A stretch of 64,000 nt of DNA. Origin: Psilocybe cubensis. Taxonomy: Eukaryota. This document shows, piece by piece, positions 62,397 through 64,000 of this stretch (positions are counted from its first letter, which is position 1; the number at the start of each line of letters is the position of its first letter). The position numbers and the translations under genes are program-made. The notes under the pieces are model-generated. The model was not told the origin of the DNA, ran no database searches, and was given only the letters and a program-made list of their open reading frames with translations. The stretch is taken from assembly GCA_017499595.2 (NCBI GenBank), contig CM039007.1, forward strand, positions 868,001 through 932,000, in the 5' to 3' direction.

Positions 62397-64000
62397 ATGA
62401 CTTCTAAAGCTAGATTGAAGTCGTTGGCCGACGACGTCGAGGACGCTGAGGTTGCATCTCTATTGGAAGCGCAACACAGCTCAGGCGACAATGGCCAATG
62501 GTCAAAGGACAAGTCTGGCGACCTCGATTGGAGTTATACGGCTCGAACCGTTCGTACATTGAGCCATGACCAGTTGCTCAACGAACTTTGGGAGAAAGGA
62601 TTTTCAATCCCCCCAAGGGAATACAATCCTTCAGCGCCATTTGTCTACGTCAAAATGTTTAATGGCGAAGTCGTCACCCTTCCACACGGTTACCGCCTGC
62701 CTCTTATGTTCGTCGCAAGATATTATTGGGGAATCGCTCTGAGCAAGCTTAACGACGTAAATCTATGGAAGAAGGAGCGGGCAAATGTGTACCACCTCTC
62801 GCGTTTATGCGAAAATTTGTTCCAACGAGCACGCGCCAAGGCTTTTGCTGGTGGCATGGAGAAGGGGTGGCGATGTGTTATGTTCGATCGATTGTTGGCG
62901 AGATTTTATAAATCATGGTATCGCAATGACCCTCCAGCCGGGAAGGAGTTTGAGCAAAAATTCAGTGTAAAGGAATACGATAGGGACGTTCTCAAGCATG
63001 GTGCGTGTAATCTGCCATTCAACCAATTTCCCACTCATATCAATGTTGCTCAGACTGGAAAAGATGGTGCACAAGAGGTCTCAATGGCGTCAGAATGAAG
63101 GAGCAAGAAGTCTCCGATGGTATCACAATTGCTGAGTTCCGGGCAGGCTTAGAAAGACTGGGAGATGGAGAGTGGTCTCTTTTTGGCGAACGTCTAACTT
63201 GGATTGGCGATGATGAGGATTTATCATGGAGCTCTGAGTCAGAGCTTACAGAATTTGAGATGGACGATGAAGCCGAACAGGGGGCACAAGAAGAAGAGGA
63301 AGAGGAAGAAAATGCGGACAGCGATCTCGATGCTGAAGGCGATGAAGTAGGGGACGATGACGACGATCCTACAACTCACCAATCAGGGCATACTGATTTA
63401 GAGGATGCCCCATCGAAAAGGGTTCGAGACCTCCCTATCGACGAAGACGAAAATGAGCGTGCTACGAAACGCGCTCGAATCGAGATGATCAGTGATACCT
63501 CACATCGTCGCCACAAGGTCAACAATATCGTCGCCCTGACCCGTACGCTGGCGGCCATGGAAAAGAATCCTATATGGGCCAGAAATAATTTTTCAGGAGC
63601 TTCAGGATCTGGGAATGGGAATGAATCTCAGGAACCTAGACAATCAATCGGCCCCACACCACCTGCAAATCCTTTAGATCCAGAGGCTGAGGAGACCATT
63701 GTCTCACGCCCGCGGCCTGTATCTCAACCGCCCATAGGTTCTGGTGTAGATTCTTCGTCTGTGACAAACAATGGCACTCTCGCCAATAGGGGAGAGCGTC
63801 CGAGTAGCCCAAATTCAATGCCTCTGCAAACTTCAGTTCCTCGCCGTTTCTCCTCCGTCACCCTTAGTCAATTAAGGAGCCCTTCTGCCAATGTATCCTC
63901 GAGCAAGCTGTCTTCCGCTTCCAACCCCTCCACAAATAAACCCCGTCGATCTGGGAAAAAGGCTCCACATCCATCGCTTCTTCATCCATCCGGTTCGAAA
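62397..64000 (+). CDS. Hypothetical protein, continues beyond window
   Basis: 233-aa ORF, GTGCGT...CAG intron near 63001-63053, then an open frame (DWKRWCTRG..., acidic tract, Ser/Pro-rich) to the window end. Confidence 0.7.

Overview
Intron-rich fungal DNA, most likely an agaric basidiomycete (inferred from 50-70 nt introns, microexons and the gene families present). Genes: a 5'-truncated alpha-amylase with CBM20, an AA9 LPMO, two tandem acidic Zn-ribbon-motif paralogues, TSC10, glycogen phosphorylase, two F-box genes plus two F-box relics, an IRC20/SHPRH-like SNF2-RING helicase, a MYND protein, MRD1, prefoldin 3, an MFS transporter, a Tay1/Teb1-like double-Myb protein, RPN9, an FDS-like secreted protein and several hypotheticals. 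Four non-autonomous DNA-transposon-like insertions with TIRs and TSDs and two Helitron-like 3' ends are visible. Three observations stand out. (1) One MRD1 intron holds two tandem box C/D snoRNAs (snR64/SNORD74-like) separated by an AG|GT junction with no exon between, which is a candidate recursive splice site giving each snoRNA its own lariat. (2) A 790-bp MITE inside a CDS has a TIR that supplies both a 5' splice site and a branch point, so it could be spliced out in frame (introner-like). (3) A ~1.75-kb inverted repeat pair flanks ~15 kb, and each copy looks like a multi-intron non-coding gene whose predicted introns have diverged more than its exons. All gene models and counts were read by eye and no searches were run.
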